Origin: Thermoplasmatota archaeon | GTDB lineage: Archaea > Thermoplasmatota > Penumbrarchaeia > Penumbrarchaeales > Penumbrarchaeaceae | Direction: 5' to 3' | Assembly (NCBI GenBank): GCA_048569615.1 | Contig: JBLIRK010000005.1 | Span: 2,036-66,035 of the forward strand | Length of the DNA: 64,000 nt | Part shown: piece after piece, positions 27,166-37,500 of the stretch | Layout: each line of letters opens with the position of its first letter | Position numbering within the stretch: position 1 is the stretch's first letter | Program-made: the position numbers and the translations under genes | The notes under the pieces: model-generated | What the model was told of the DNA's origin: nothing | The model's database searches: none | Seen by the model: only the letters and a program-made list of their open reading frames with translations

Positions 27166-27672
27166 TCAGATTATCAGCTGATAGGAGACTATAGGGGAAA
27201 CTACGATCCCTTCCCAACAGGGTGTGAGCGACCAGGATTCATCTATGGAATGGAGCATCCCCTTCAACCTGCTGGTCCCGTTGCTCCAAGGGGTGAACTG
27301 GATGTGGCTGAACTTCATCTCGTATGACCTCGTTTCCCCGGGATCGAGGCATTCGATATCGTCGATATTTATCTGATAATGGTCGTTGTGCGTGAGCCAT
27401 ATCGTTTCGTTGTTCGTCAGGTTGTGACTCTCGAGGAAGAGCATGAGATATCCCGAATAGAGCAGCGGAGTCTCCGCGTTGTTGGTAAGTTCGAAATTGA
27501 CCGTTATCTCCTCCCCGGGACGGATCGCATCATCGCCAAGAACGATCTCAAGCTTCACATCGTGTTCGGATATCCATATCTCGCTCCTCACGGCGAAGAG
27601 GTAAATGTTGACAAGTATCAGCAGAAGGGTGATGCCGATGAGGATGCCCAGCAGAAGCCTTCTCCTTTTCAC
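27166..27672 (-). CDS. Hypothetical membrane-anchored extracellular protein (N-terminal TM plus beta-rich domain)
   Basis: MKRRRLLLGILIGITLLLILVNIYLF signal anchor. Several N-x-T sequons. No family recognised. Confidence 0.4.
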   Translation of the reverse strand: MKRRRLLLGILIGITLLLILVNIYLFAVRSEIWISEHDVKLEIVLGDDAIRPGEEITVNFELTNNAETPLLYSGYLMLFLESHNLTNNETIWLTHNDHYQINIDDIECLDPGETRSYEMKFSHIQFTPWSNGTSRLKGMLHSIDESWSLTPCWEGIVVSPIVSYQLII

Positions 27673-27784
27673 TGCACCACCTTGTAATCCTGGATATTCC
27701 CCACTCTATCAAGTAATGGGAATTTAGATCGGGGAGCTCCCCATCGTCAACAGTTCTGTTAAAGATTGTGGTCGTCCATGTCAC

Positions 27785-28687
27785 TTATCTCTTGACGAGA
27801 AGTGCCTTTGTCATCTTTCCGTGGTAGTGGCAGATTATGTTTGACAGATGCAGCGTCCATGTGAGCATCACGAATCCCAGGAGAAATCCGAGAGGTATGA
27901 GGACCAATCGAGCCTTAACAGGCACCGGCAAACCCATGGGGAGCCCGGTAATTGTCCCAAGCAACGAGGGTATTGGAAGCAGCACCAGCGAAATGGATAA
28001 TGCCAGGAAGGTGATGAATATGGTGAAGTATATTATTCCCAGGGGAAACATCAGGAACATGTAGAGTAAAGAGGAGTACATCCTCGGGTCCTTGAACAGA
28101 GCCTTGAGCCTCTGCCAAATGGTTCCCTTCACCCTCAATTTCCTCTGTTTCTTCGGCATTCTGATACCGAGCATGAACTCCGTGAACCTTCCATGGACCC
28201 ATGCGAGTCCGTAATTGCTCACGAGGAAAAGTGCTGCGATGAAGATGCCGAATACGAAGATTATCAGTGAAAGGCTTACGGAGATCATGGTGACCAGGTA
28301 CGTGAAGTATATGATCCCTATGGGGAACATGAGAAGGAGGTACAGAAGTCCCGTATATGTCCTAGGATCCCTGTAGATACCGAAGATCTCTGCAAGAAAT
28401 GATCTTCTCTCCTTCGTTTCCTTTATGACCTTGGTCTTTTCCCTGACCTTTTCATCAAGCTTGACGTATGCTTTAGCGACCTCTTTCGGAGAGCCGTAAT
28501 CCCTCGCTGCAAGGGCAACTGCCTTTTCCTTGCTCTTTGCCCTTCCGCTGTCGAGAATCTCCTCCACCATGACGCTCAGATGCTCCTCCGCATCATCCAT
28601 GGCATCCGAGATAATGGCCTCGTCTATGCCCTTGAGCTCCCTTTTGAGGTCTTGGATATAATCCTTGATGGAAACGTATCTAACCAT
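27785..28687 (-). CDS. DUF1700/HAAS-like PadR-associated membrane sensor (internally duplicated TM module)
   Basis: Soluble N-terminal helix bundle (MVRYVSIKDYIQDLKRELKGIDEA...). Two repeats of (R/K)DPR(T/M)Y..LLY..LMFP.GIIYFT. Overlaps padR. Confidence 0.6.
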   Translation of the reverse strand: MVRYVSIKDYIQDLKRELKGIDEAIISDAMDDAEEHLSVMVEEILDSGRAKSKEKAVALAARDYGSPKEVAKAYVKLDEKVREKTKVIKETKERRSFLAEIFGIYRDPRTYTGLLYLLLMFPIGIIYFTYLVTMISVSLSLIIFVFGIFIAALFLVSNYGLAWVHGRFTEFMLGIRMPKKQRKLRVKGTIWQRLKALFKDPRMYSSLLYMFLMFPLGIIYFTIFITFLALSISLVLLPIPSLLGTITGLPMGLPVPVKARLVLIPLGFLLGFVMLTWTLHLSNIICHYHGKMTKALLVKR

Positions 28688-29063
28688 CGATCTTCCCCCT
28701 GAGGATCTTGTTCACGAACTCAGTTGTATCTTCCCAGGTCCTGGACCAGACCTCGAGTTTGTCCTTCCCCTTCTTTGTTATTCTGTAGTATTTCCTCGGA
28801 GGTCCCGATTCCGAGGCCTTTATCTCGCTTTTAAGGTAGCCTTTCTTCTCCATCGCCCGAAGCACCGGATATATGGTTCCCTGCTTCATCTGGACACCTG
28901 TCAAGTTCATTTCCTCCATCTGCTTGGCGATCTGGTAGCCGTAAAGTGGCTCCTTCGAGTTGTCGCAGATGGCCAGAAGTATCAGTGAGATGAGCCCCGT
29001 AACAAGCTCCTTCTCGAACTTCTCGTCCCGCTTTATCTTTTCATCTTTCTTCATGGGGATCAC
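28680..29063 (-). CDS. padR: PadR-family transcriptional regulator
   Basis: YGYQIAKQMEEMNLTGVQMKQGTIYPVLRAMEKKGYLKSE is a winged-helix PadR signature. 127 aa. Confidence 0.85.
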   Translation of the reverse strand: MIPMKKDEKIKRDEKFEKELVTGLISLILLAICDNSKEPLYGYQIAKQMEEMNLTGVQMKQGTIYPVLRAMEKKGYLKSEIKASESGPPRKYYRITKKGKDKLEVWSRTWEDTTEFVNKILRGKIDG

Positions 29064-30145
29064 CCCTTTCCTTCCAGAGTGATGTCCCCCGAATCTGTCT
29101 CCAGTCTGACCAAGGGGCCTCCTTCGTTCACCTGACCCCTCTTCTCCTTGTCCCTAGGATATCTAAATGTGACATTGTCCTCATAAAAGCCGGTGATCCT
29201 CAGATCACCGGCATCGGTATAAAGCTCGAAATCAAAGGAGCTGTTAACCGGAAATGATACCTTGATGTCTCCCGCGCTGTTGCGGACATCCAATCCGTTC
29301 TCATCCAGTTCCATCAGGTCGAGATCGATATCTCCCGCCTCGGCATCGACCCTTGAGATGATGCCGCAGTTCTCGCATTTCACGTTGCCCGCATCGGCCC
29401 TCACGTAGTCGATGTGGCCGATGTTGGTCAATTTGATGTCTCCAGCATCGCTTCTGACGTCTCCGACGAATTCCACTTGGGTGATTTCGATGTCGCCGAC
29501 ATCCGATTCCAGACTCTCGATCCTCTGAACATTCTTGATCCTGACATCTCCGGCGTTGGACCTGACCCTCGTGAGGTTCTCCGAATCGTAGACCAGGATC
29601 CTCCCGGCTCTGTTCGTCAACGAAATGTTTCCCTCTGCACCTTCGAGCCTGAGAATCCCAAAGTTCACTTCTATCCTCTTGACCGTCATTTCGGCCGGGA
29701 TGTAGACCGTCAGGTCCATCCATACCCAGGGGGAGTCCTTGTCCCTCTTCGTCGTGATCCTGAAGGTGTCCTGTTTCTCCACGTGAAGGTCGATCTTGTC
29801 CAGCTCCTCCGCCCCGAAGAGGGTCTTCTTCGTCCCTTTGATCTCGATCTTGCTCTCATCCCATGAGTAGACCTTCACATCGCCCATGTCGTTTATGACC
29901 TCCAGCTCGAGATCTTTGTCCCAGGGGTGGGTTTCGACCACCTCCTTCCGGTCCATCTGGAAATAACCCATACCTGCCCAGTATGTGGTTATGGCCAGCA
30001 TGAGCGCTATCATGACCACTGTGAGGACAAGGAACGCTCTCCAGCTGTGCTTCAGGATGACACCCCCCCGAACCTGCCTTCGGGATAGGTGATGGACCTT
30101 CCCGCCGGCATTATTGTAGAGTGCATAGTAGTGTAAAGTGCACAA
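29060..30145 (-). CDS. DUF4097-like beta-helix protein (toastrack/putative adhesin fold) with an N-terminal TM; true start probably internal
   Basis: Repeated 18-20-aa beta-helix rungs containing AGD(V/I)... motifs (NAGDVRIKN, DAGDIKLTN, DAGNVKCEN, EAGDIDLD, SAGDIKVSF, DAGDLRITG, DSGDITLEG). ATGA overlap with padR. Confidence 0.6.
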   Translation of the reverse strand: MCTLHYYALYNNAGGKVHHLSRRQVRGGVILKHSWRAFLVLTVVMIALMLAITTYWAGMGYFQMDRKEVVETHPWDKDLELEVINDMGDVKVYSWDESKIEIKGTKKTLFGAEELDKIDLHVEKQDTFRITTKRDKDSPWVWMDLTVYIPAEMTVKRIEVNFGILRLEGAEGNISLTNRAGRILVYDSENLTRVRSNAGDVRIKNVQRIESLESDVGDIEITQVEFVGDVRSDAGDIKLTNIGHIDYVRADAGNVKCENCGIISRVDAEAGDIDLDLMELDENGLDVRNSAGDIKVSFPVNSSFDFELYTDAGDLRITGFYEDNVTFRYPRDKEKRGQVNEGGPLVRLETDSGDITLEGKG

Positions 30146-30205
30146 TAGTATATATAGGTTTCCCGGATCGGAAAATGGCTGATATGCATTTGTGTTGACT
30201 AGATC

Positions 30206-30865
30206 TCAACCATACATCGGTCCCGGTTCCGAATGGGGACCTTCCGCTTCCTCCTTTGCCCGTTGCTCCAGCAAACTGTTGGTCTGCTGGAGGAGGTTCT
30301 TGGCGGATTCTTCGTCGAGGCCTCCCCGATGGACAAGGAAATCCAGGATGGATTCCTCACTCTCTCCCGATTGCAGTTTCACCGCAACAATGGCCAGGAA
30401 CCTGTTGGCCATGAACTCCTGCATCTCCTCCGTCAGTCCGAGTATCTTTATCAGGTTGTGGGCTCCGACGATAAGAAGCGTCAGGGCGTCGTTGAACTCT
30501 TCCTTCCCCAGTGAGTTGAGGTCAAGGTCCACCTGGATGATGGGATTGTCCTCGTAGCCGATCAGTCCTGCCTTCATCAGGTTCAGGTCGGAGTTAAGGT
30601 GGAGCAGCTTCTTGTAGATCCTCATCCTCTCCGTTGCTTCCATGGCATCGGTCGGAATGATGGGATTTATCACAAGATTGGCAAAGTGCTTCCCGACTAC
30701 AACCTCCACGTTGAATGGTATCTTGGGATGGGAGGCGGTTATGAGCGTCTTGTCCGGCTGCCCCTCTATGCCGCTGGTCTGGATGTCCCACGGATAATCT
30801 ATGAGCAGTTCGGCGCCATCCTTCCCTTCTGTAAGCCATTTGGATATCTTCTCTGTCCATTCCAT
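30206..30865 (-). CDS. Hypothetical cytoplasmic protein, possibly YbjN-like. The ORF track extends to 30967, but the internal Met is preferred.
   Basis: Composition and length resemble YbjN-type putative sensory/chaperone-like proteins. Weak. Confidence 0.35.
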   Translation of the reverse strand: MEWTEKISKWLTEGKDGAELLIDYPWDIQTSGIEGQPDKTLITASHPKIPFNVEVVVGKHFANLVINPIIPTDAMEATERMRIYKKLLHLNSDLNLMKAGLIGYEDNPIIQVDLDLNSLGKEEFNDALTLLIVGAHNLIKILGLTEEMQEFMANRFLAIVAVKLQSGESEESILDFLVHRGGLDEESAKNLLQQTNSLLEQRAKEEAEGPHSEPGPMYG

Positions 30866-30989
30866 ATTAATCCACACTCCTATCATATCTCGGTTAATAA
30901 ACATTGTCAAGGGAATATGTGTTGTTCTTTGAATCGGTACATCAGGTACGGGAATGCATGAAGACATTATTAGATTTAGACCTCACATT

Positions 30990-31562
30990 TCAGTCCTTGC
31001 TCAGGATGGAATACACCCTTCCGTCAACCGGACCATCCTCGAGGATGTACCTGTCCCTGAGGGTACCTTCCATGAAGAAACCGCATTTCTCCATGACCCT
31101 GGATGATCTGATGTTGGGGGCAAAGATGACCGCTGATATCCTGTGGAGTTTCAATTTATCGAAACCGTAGGCCACAAGTCCTCTGACAGCTTCGGGCATT
31201 ATGCCCTGACCCCAGTGCTTCCTTCCCAGCCAGTAGCCGATCTCGCAGGCCCTATTCTGCCATTCGATGTTCATAAGGCCGATCCCGCCGATGACCCTGT
31301 CGAAATCCTTTTCCGCTATTGCAAGATTGAGTGCGCTTCCCTCATCGAACCATTTCATGTTCTTATCTATGAAGTTTATGGCATCATCCGGGCCGTACGG
31401 ATGAGGGATATTGAGGGTATATCTCGAGATGCCCCGATCGTTGATCTGTTCCGCGATATCATCCACATCCTCCATCCTGAACCTTCTCAGGACCACGATA
31501 CCGCAGTCAATCGTTATGTCTTCCTCGAACGGCTCCTCTTCCATGCTCCCGCCTTCTTCCAT
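30990..31562 (-). CDS. GNAT N-acetyltransferase (RimJ/RimL-like). The ORF could extend to 31610, but Met 31562 avoids overlap with the upstream gene.
   Basis: VVLRRFRMEDVDDI...GGIGLMNIEWQNRACEIGYWLGRKHWGQGIMPEAV...RISAVIFAPNIRSSRVMEKCGF is the acetyl-CoA-binding GNAT core. Confidence 0.85.
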   Translation of the reverse strand: MEEGGSMEEEPFEEDITIDCGIVVLRRFRMEDVDDIAEQINDRGISRYTLNIPHPYGPDDAINFIDKNMKWFDEGSALNLAIAEKDFDRVIGGIGLMNIEWQNRACEIGYWLGRKHWGQGIMPEAVRGLVAYGFDKLKLHRISAVIFAPNIRSSRVMEKCGFFMEGTLRDRYILEDGPVDGRVYSILSKD

Positions 31563-31566
31563 GGAA

Positions 31567-34500
31567 CTATCTTCTGTGATTAGTAATCTGTGATGGTGAT
31601 TCTGTATCATCCTTTCTCTTAATGAAGAACAGGTAGACCAAAACGGATAGTATCAGAAGGGAGATGATCAATGCAATTATTGCCATGATCACGGAAAGGG
31701 AAACGGAGCCCTTTGTTTCGGACTGCTCCTCCTCCACATTGGAGAGGCTCTCTTCAAGATCTTCCAGCAGCGTAAGGTCTTCCTCAATGTTCTGCAACCT
31801 TGACGAGAGCAGGAATAGATCTTGCCTAGTGGACATCAGTCCGGATATGTTTTCGAGCCTTTCCTTCAATGCAATGTCGAAATCGGAAATCCTGGATCCA
31901 AGTTCGTTGATGGTTTCCAGAATGAGGGTGTCGTTTGTCATTATCTGGTCCGACAGATGCTCCAGCCTCAAGCTTATACCTGCCAGGGAAAGGTCCTGGA
32001 TCCCGTTCAGAAGGTCCTCGATCTCCGTAATCGAGGAAGAGAGATTGGTCTCGGATCTGGCCATCATATCCCTCAATCCTGATAGTCCTACAAAAAGTTC
32101 CGAGCGGAAGAGCCGGATATCGCTGTCCATGCCGAGCAGTTCCTGATGCAGGGAAGAGTTGACAGCCTCGAGCTGAAGTGCCAATGATAGGAGCCCGCTC
32201 TCGAACCTCAGTCTTAGCATATCTATCTCGTTCTGTATCGTTTCGTTGAACCCGCTTAGGTCGGCCACCATGGTGCTCAATATCGCAGTGATATCGTTGC
32301 CAAGGGAGGTCATTCCGTGTGTCAGCGTGGTTATGTTCATGTCCACGGCCGAAAGCAGAACGAGGATCTCCATGAATCCCATGTCCATATCACCGGAAAG
32401 GATGTTGAGATCTGAGGCGGCATTGGTAACATTTACGTCCACAGCCCGAAGCAGAGCGATCATGGTTGCAGTATGCAGGTCGTAGGTCCCCTTGAAGCTG
32501 CCGAACTCGGTCCTGTGGGCGTTGAGCTCGCTTATTATGGTATCCAGGTCGGTCAGGACCTCGTCTATGTCCAGACCAAGTGCTGAAAGATCGGCTTTCA
32601 ATGATGAGTTCACACCATGCAGTTCGGAGCGAAGTTCTGTCAATCCCGAGATGACATCACTTATCGACCCGTTGAGGAAGGCGAGATCGTTGCTGTTGAC
32701 GTTTACGATGTTCAATATGGATGCGAGACTGAGGGTGATCGTGCCGTTGAAGAAGTCAACATCCGCTCCGGTGGAATTTATATCGTCCCAGATGTCCTCG
32801 AGCATAACCTTTATCCAGCCGGTCTCCGAAGTGTCCAGCAGTCCCACTGTTCCGTTCACATATCCAAGGATGACCTTCATCGTATCGATGTCAAGGGTGA
32901 TGTTCGTCTCGAAGGAGAGGAATTCGTCCCTGTGCGAGCGGAGGTTCGAGGAAAGGTCCTGAAGTTCGGCAAGAATGGAGGCGTTTGCTCCGTCAAGTGA
33001 TTTCGAGAGAAGTGTGATCCTGTATATGATGCCATCAAGTGTGTCGTTGAGGGAATCGACACCGCCAGATGTGCTTCCGAGCAGGGTGATGATCGTAGCG
33101 AGGTCAGTGCTGAATGTGTTGTTGATGAAATCTATGTCTGCGCTCCCCCGCTCCACAAGGTCGAAGAGGTCCGAGAGGTCCGAGAAGAGGGATAAGTTCA
33201 GGTAATCCAGGTCGAGGGCGATGTCCGCCAACAGGTTGGATATCAATGATAGTTCGGTATTGAAGCTTCCATTGACGTATTTGAGGTGGTTGTTGTTCTC
33301 GATCACGAAGTTTAGCAGTTCGGAAAGGTCCGTGCTCAAGGATGTGTTGAGATACCCGAGGCCGTCTTTGTTGTCCTTGGCGTATTGGAGAAGTTCGTAG
33401 AGTTCGGATTCTACCGTCATGTTGAGATATGTGAGCTTCTGGTTGATCATTGTGGCATAGAACAATAATGTGTTCAGGTCGGTGTCGATGGAGTTGTTCA
33501 TGAACTTCAGGTGGTTGTTGTTCTCTATGACGAAGGAGAGCAATGCCGATAGGTCCCCTTCTATCGACGAATTCATGTATTTCAGGAAGTTGTTGTTCTC
33601 GATAACGAATGAGAGCATTCCTGAGAGGTCGGAGCTTATGGTCCCGTTCATCGAATCCAGTTTGTTGTTCAAAGCTATCAGATAGTTCATCAGGGATGTG
33701 AGGTCGGAATCTATGGAATTGTTCATGTATTTGAGGTGGTTGTTGTTCTCGATGAGGAAGTCCAGAATATCGGCCAGGTCGGAATCTATGGAGGAGTTCA
33801 TGTATTTGAGGTGGTTGTTGTTCTCAACGATGAAGTCCCGGAGCTCTGTCAGGTCGGCTTGGATGGATGCGTTCATGTATTTCAGGTGGTTGCTGTTCTC
33901 GATGAGGAAGGTCAGAAGCTCGGAGAGATCGGAATCAATGGAGTTGTTCATGTATTTCAGGTAGTTGTTGTTCTGGACCAGGAACGAAAGTATTGTGGCG
34001 AGGTCTGAATCAATGGAGTTGTTCATGTATTTGAGGTGGTTGTTGTTCTGGATGAGGAACGTCAAGACCGTAGTGAGTCCCCCTCCGAAGCTCGCGTTGG
34101 TATATTTCAGAATATTGTTATTCTCCACGATGAAGTCCCGGAGCTCCGTCAATTCGGATCGGATGGATGTGTTCATGAACTTCAGGTGGTTGTTGTTCTC
34201 CACGACGAAATCCAGCAGCTCCGTGAGGTCCGAATCTATCGAGGCATTCATGTACTTCAGGTGGTTGTTGTTCTCCACGATGAAGGTCCTCAATTCGGTG
34301 AGGTCGCTCCAAATAGTGTCGTTCATGAACTCCAGGTGAGCGTTGTGTGCTATGAGATAATCGAGGATATCCGTTATATCGGAACCAAGGGAGGAGTTGA
34401 GGTATTTCAGTCGGTTATTGTTCTCCACGATGAAGGTTAAAAGATCCGCGAGGTCCGAATCTATCGAGGCGTTCATGTGCTTCAGGTGATTGTTGTTCTC

Positions 34501-37500
34501 GATGAGGAAGGTGAGTATATCGGAGAGCTCCGAATGGACGGAAGCGTTCATTCCCTTCAGGTAGTTGTTGCTGCCGATCACATAGGACAGGATATTGTCG
34601 AGGTCCGTGGAGAAGGAGATGTTCATGTACTTCAGTATGTTGTTGCTGTCTCCCACCATGGAGTAGATGTTTGAAAGAGAGGGGAGCACCGTGGAATTCA
34701 TGTACGTCAGATTGCCTAGGATGTTGTAAAGGAGCTGTTTGATGGCGGAATTATCCGTCCCGATGGTGTCGTTGATGGACGTTGCAAGGGCGAGAAGAGC
34801 GGAGAGCTGGGTGTGTTGTGTTCTGTTCATGTAATCCGCTATGTTCCAGGTCTTGAGCACCGTGGAGTTGATGTAATCGATATCCATCGCCAGGGCGTCT
34901 ATGGCCGCCTCGAGGGCCGACAGGTCCACGGATCCCGAACCGGAGGAGGATGGACTTTTATCGATCTTTACGGCATCCGTGATAACTATCGTGCTCTCCC
35001 CTCCGAGGGGCTCGACGGTAACAACGCCGTAATAGTAGGTGAGATTCCACTGAATATCAATGTCCTTGTAGTCATTATCGGTCGTTGAGTTGAGTCTGTA
35101 AAGGGCGTGCGGATCAGTCCCTCGGTAGATACCGTAAATGTAGGTGGAGTTCCCTACATCGTCCCAGGTCAGGTTCATGGAGCTCTGGAGAGCTGTCGCC
35201 GACAGGTTCCGGATGGTTACTGGACCGATATGGTCGATGAGATAGACCTTTCCCGCACCCGTTCCACCTTTGTCATTGCCATAGGCTCCGATGAGGATAT
35301 CATCGAGACCATCACGGTCGACGTCCCCTGCCCCGGAAACGGACCAACCCGAATAATCTGAGGTCTTTTCCCCGTAGAACGAAGCATCCGCTTCCGAAAG
35401 GTCCACATCCCTCCTCCATCCCGCCGGTTTTCCGTAGAAGATGTATGATTGGCCGGCATCCGTCGCCCCTTCATCGTTCGCATACGCTCCGATGAGGATA
35501 TCATCGAATCCGTCACCGTTGACATCTCCCGCTCCGGAAACAGATACACCTGACCTGTCGCTTGCGGATTCTCCCCAGAAAGATCCATCCGCTTCCGAAA
35601 GGTCGGTGTCGATCTTGAGCCCCGAAGACCTTCCAAGGATAAGGTAGGTCTGTCCGGCATCGGTCCCGCCGTCATCATCACTGTTTGCTCCTATGAGGAT
35701 GTCGTCATATCCGTCGCCATTGACGTCACCGGCTCCGGAGACGCTCTGCCCGGCGAGGTCTCCGGCATCCTCCCCCCAGAACGACGCATCGGCCTTGGAA
35801 AGGTCGGTGTCAATACTCCATCCGCTCCTCTTCCCGTAAACGAGGTAAACCTGGCCGGCATTCGCTCCCCCGTCATCATCCTGGACGGCTCCTATGAGGA
35901 TGTCATCGAATCCATCTCCATTGACATCTCCCGCACCGGAGATGGATTGACCCGACCTGTCATCTGCATCCTCGCCTATGAATGAAGCATCGGCATCAGA
36001 GAGGTCCGCATCCATCTTCCATCCGGTCGGTTTACCAAGTATGAGATAGGTCTGGCCAGAGTTGCTCCCGCCGTCCTCATCGAGAAGGGCGTTGATCAGG
36101 AAATCATCGTATCCGTCGGCATTCACGTCTCCTGCCCCTGAAACTGCGTAGCCGGAATAATCGCCCGAATCCTCGCCGATGAACGAAGCATCCGCTTCCG
36201 AAAGATCAGTGTCTCTGCTCCATCCCGCCGGTTTTCCAAGTATGAGATATGTCTGCCCGGCCGTAGTCCCTCCATCATCATCGCCGATGGCTCCTATCAG
36301 GAAATCATCATATCCGTCACCGTTGACATCCCCCGCACCCGACACAGCTCGTCCCGAATTATCGTCTGCATCCTCGCCAAGAAACGATGCGTCGGCATTT
36401 GAAAGATCGAAGTTCGTATCCATTCCCGTTCCATTTCCGAAGATCAGGTAGGTCTGCCCCGAATTGCTGCCTCCGTCATCGTCCTGGTAGGCACCAATTA
36501 GTATGTCATCATATCCGTCTCCGTTGACATCCCCCGCTCCGGATACGCAATACCCCGCGAAATCAGAGCCGTCCTCTCCGATATAACCCGAATAGTTCCC
36601 CGTCAGGTCCACGTCGATCTTCCCCCAGCGGACCGGGTCCGGATGTTCGGGATTGAGGTCCATCTCGTTCAGTATGTTGTCATTGTCCAGGTCCGGATCG
36701 AAGCTGTCTCCGATCCCATCCCTGTCATCGTCATGATCGCAGTAGATGGACACCGGGTGGGAATGGCCGGATTCAATACCTGAACCGTCAATGGTCCTTA
36801 TCGAGTAGTAGTAGGTCTTATGAAGTTCCACTTCCCGGTCGATATACTCCCTGAAGAAAAGGCCCGTGGCGGAAACCTCCTCGTAATCCCTCCCATCCAT
36901 GGACCTGTAAACGGTATAACCTGAAAGGGGCTTCCAGTATCGTGGATTCTTCCAGGATAATCCTACCTCCCTTTTATCCGGATCATAGGATACATCTATG
37001 AACTTGGGGGATGGAGGTCCGCTCATGTAGAACCATAGATAGGTCTGTCCTGCATAGGATGCTCCCTCTTCGTCATCCGGTGATGAGATGAGCAGATCGT
37101 CATATCCGTCTCCATTGACATCCCCCGCTCCCGAAACATGTTTGCCAGCGTGATCCCCCGCATCCTCCCCCCAGAAGGAAGATGTTGCATTGGACAGGTC
37201 GGTATCCATGCTCCAGCCCGTTGACTTTCCCGTTATCAGATAGACCTGGCCTGCATCGGATCCTCCGTCATCGTCGTAATATGCGCCTATCAGAAAATCA
37301 TCGTATCCATCCCCGTTGACGTCTCCGGTTCCGGAGACTGAAACACCGGAGGAATCGTTCGCATCCTCCCCCCAGAACGAAGCATCCGAGTTTGAGAGGT
37401 CCCGGTCCGTTTTCCAACCTGAAGGTCTGCCGAGGATCAGGTAGGTCTGACCGGCATTTGATCCTCCGTCATCATCCCCCAATGCGGAGATCAGCACATC

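Noticed and set aside
33470-34674. Plus-strand ORFs with reiterated FMYFRWLLFSM / VVVLDEE peptides
   Set aside because: These are antisense readings of the 75-bp repeat array inside the giant minus-strand gene, not separate genes. The array is not a CRISPR: the period is 75 bp with no unique spacers, and it is entirely in-frame and coding.
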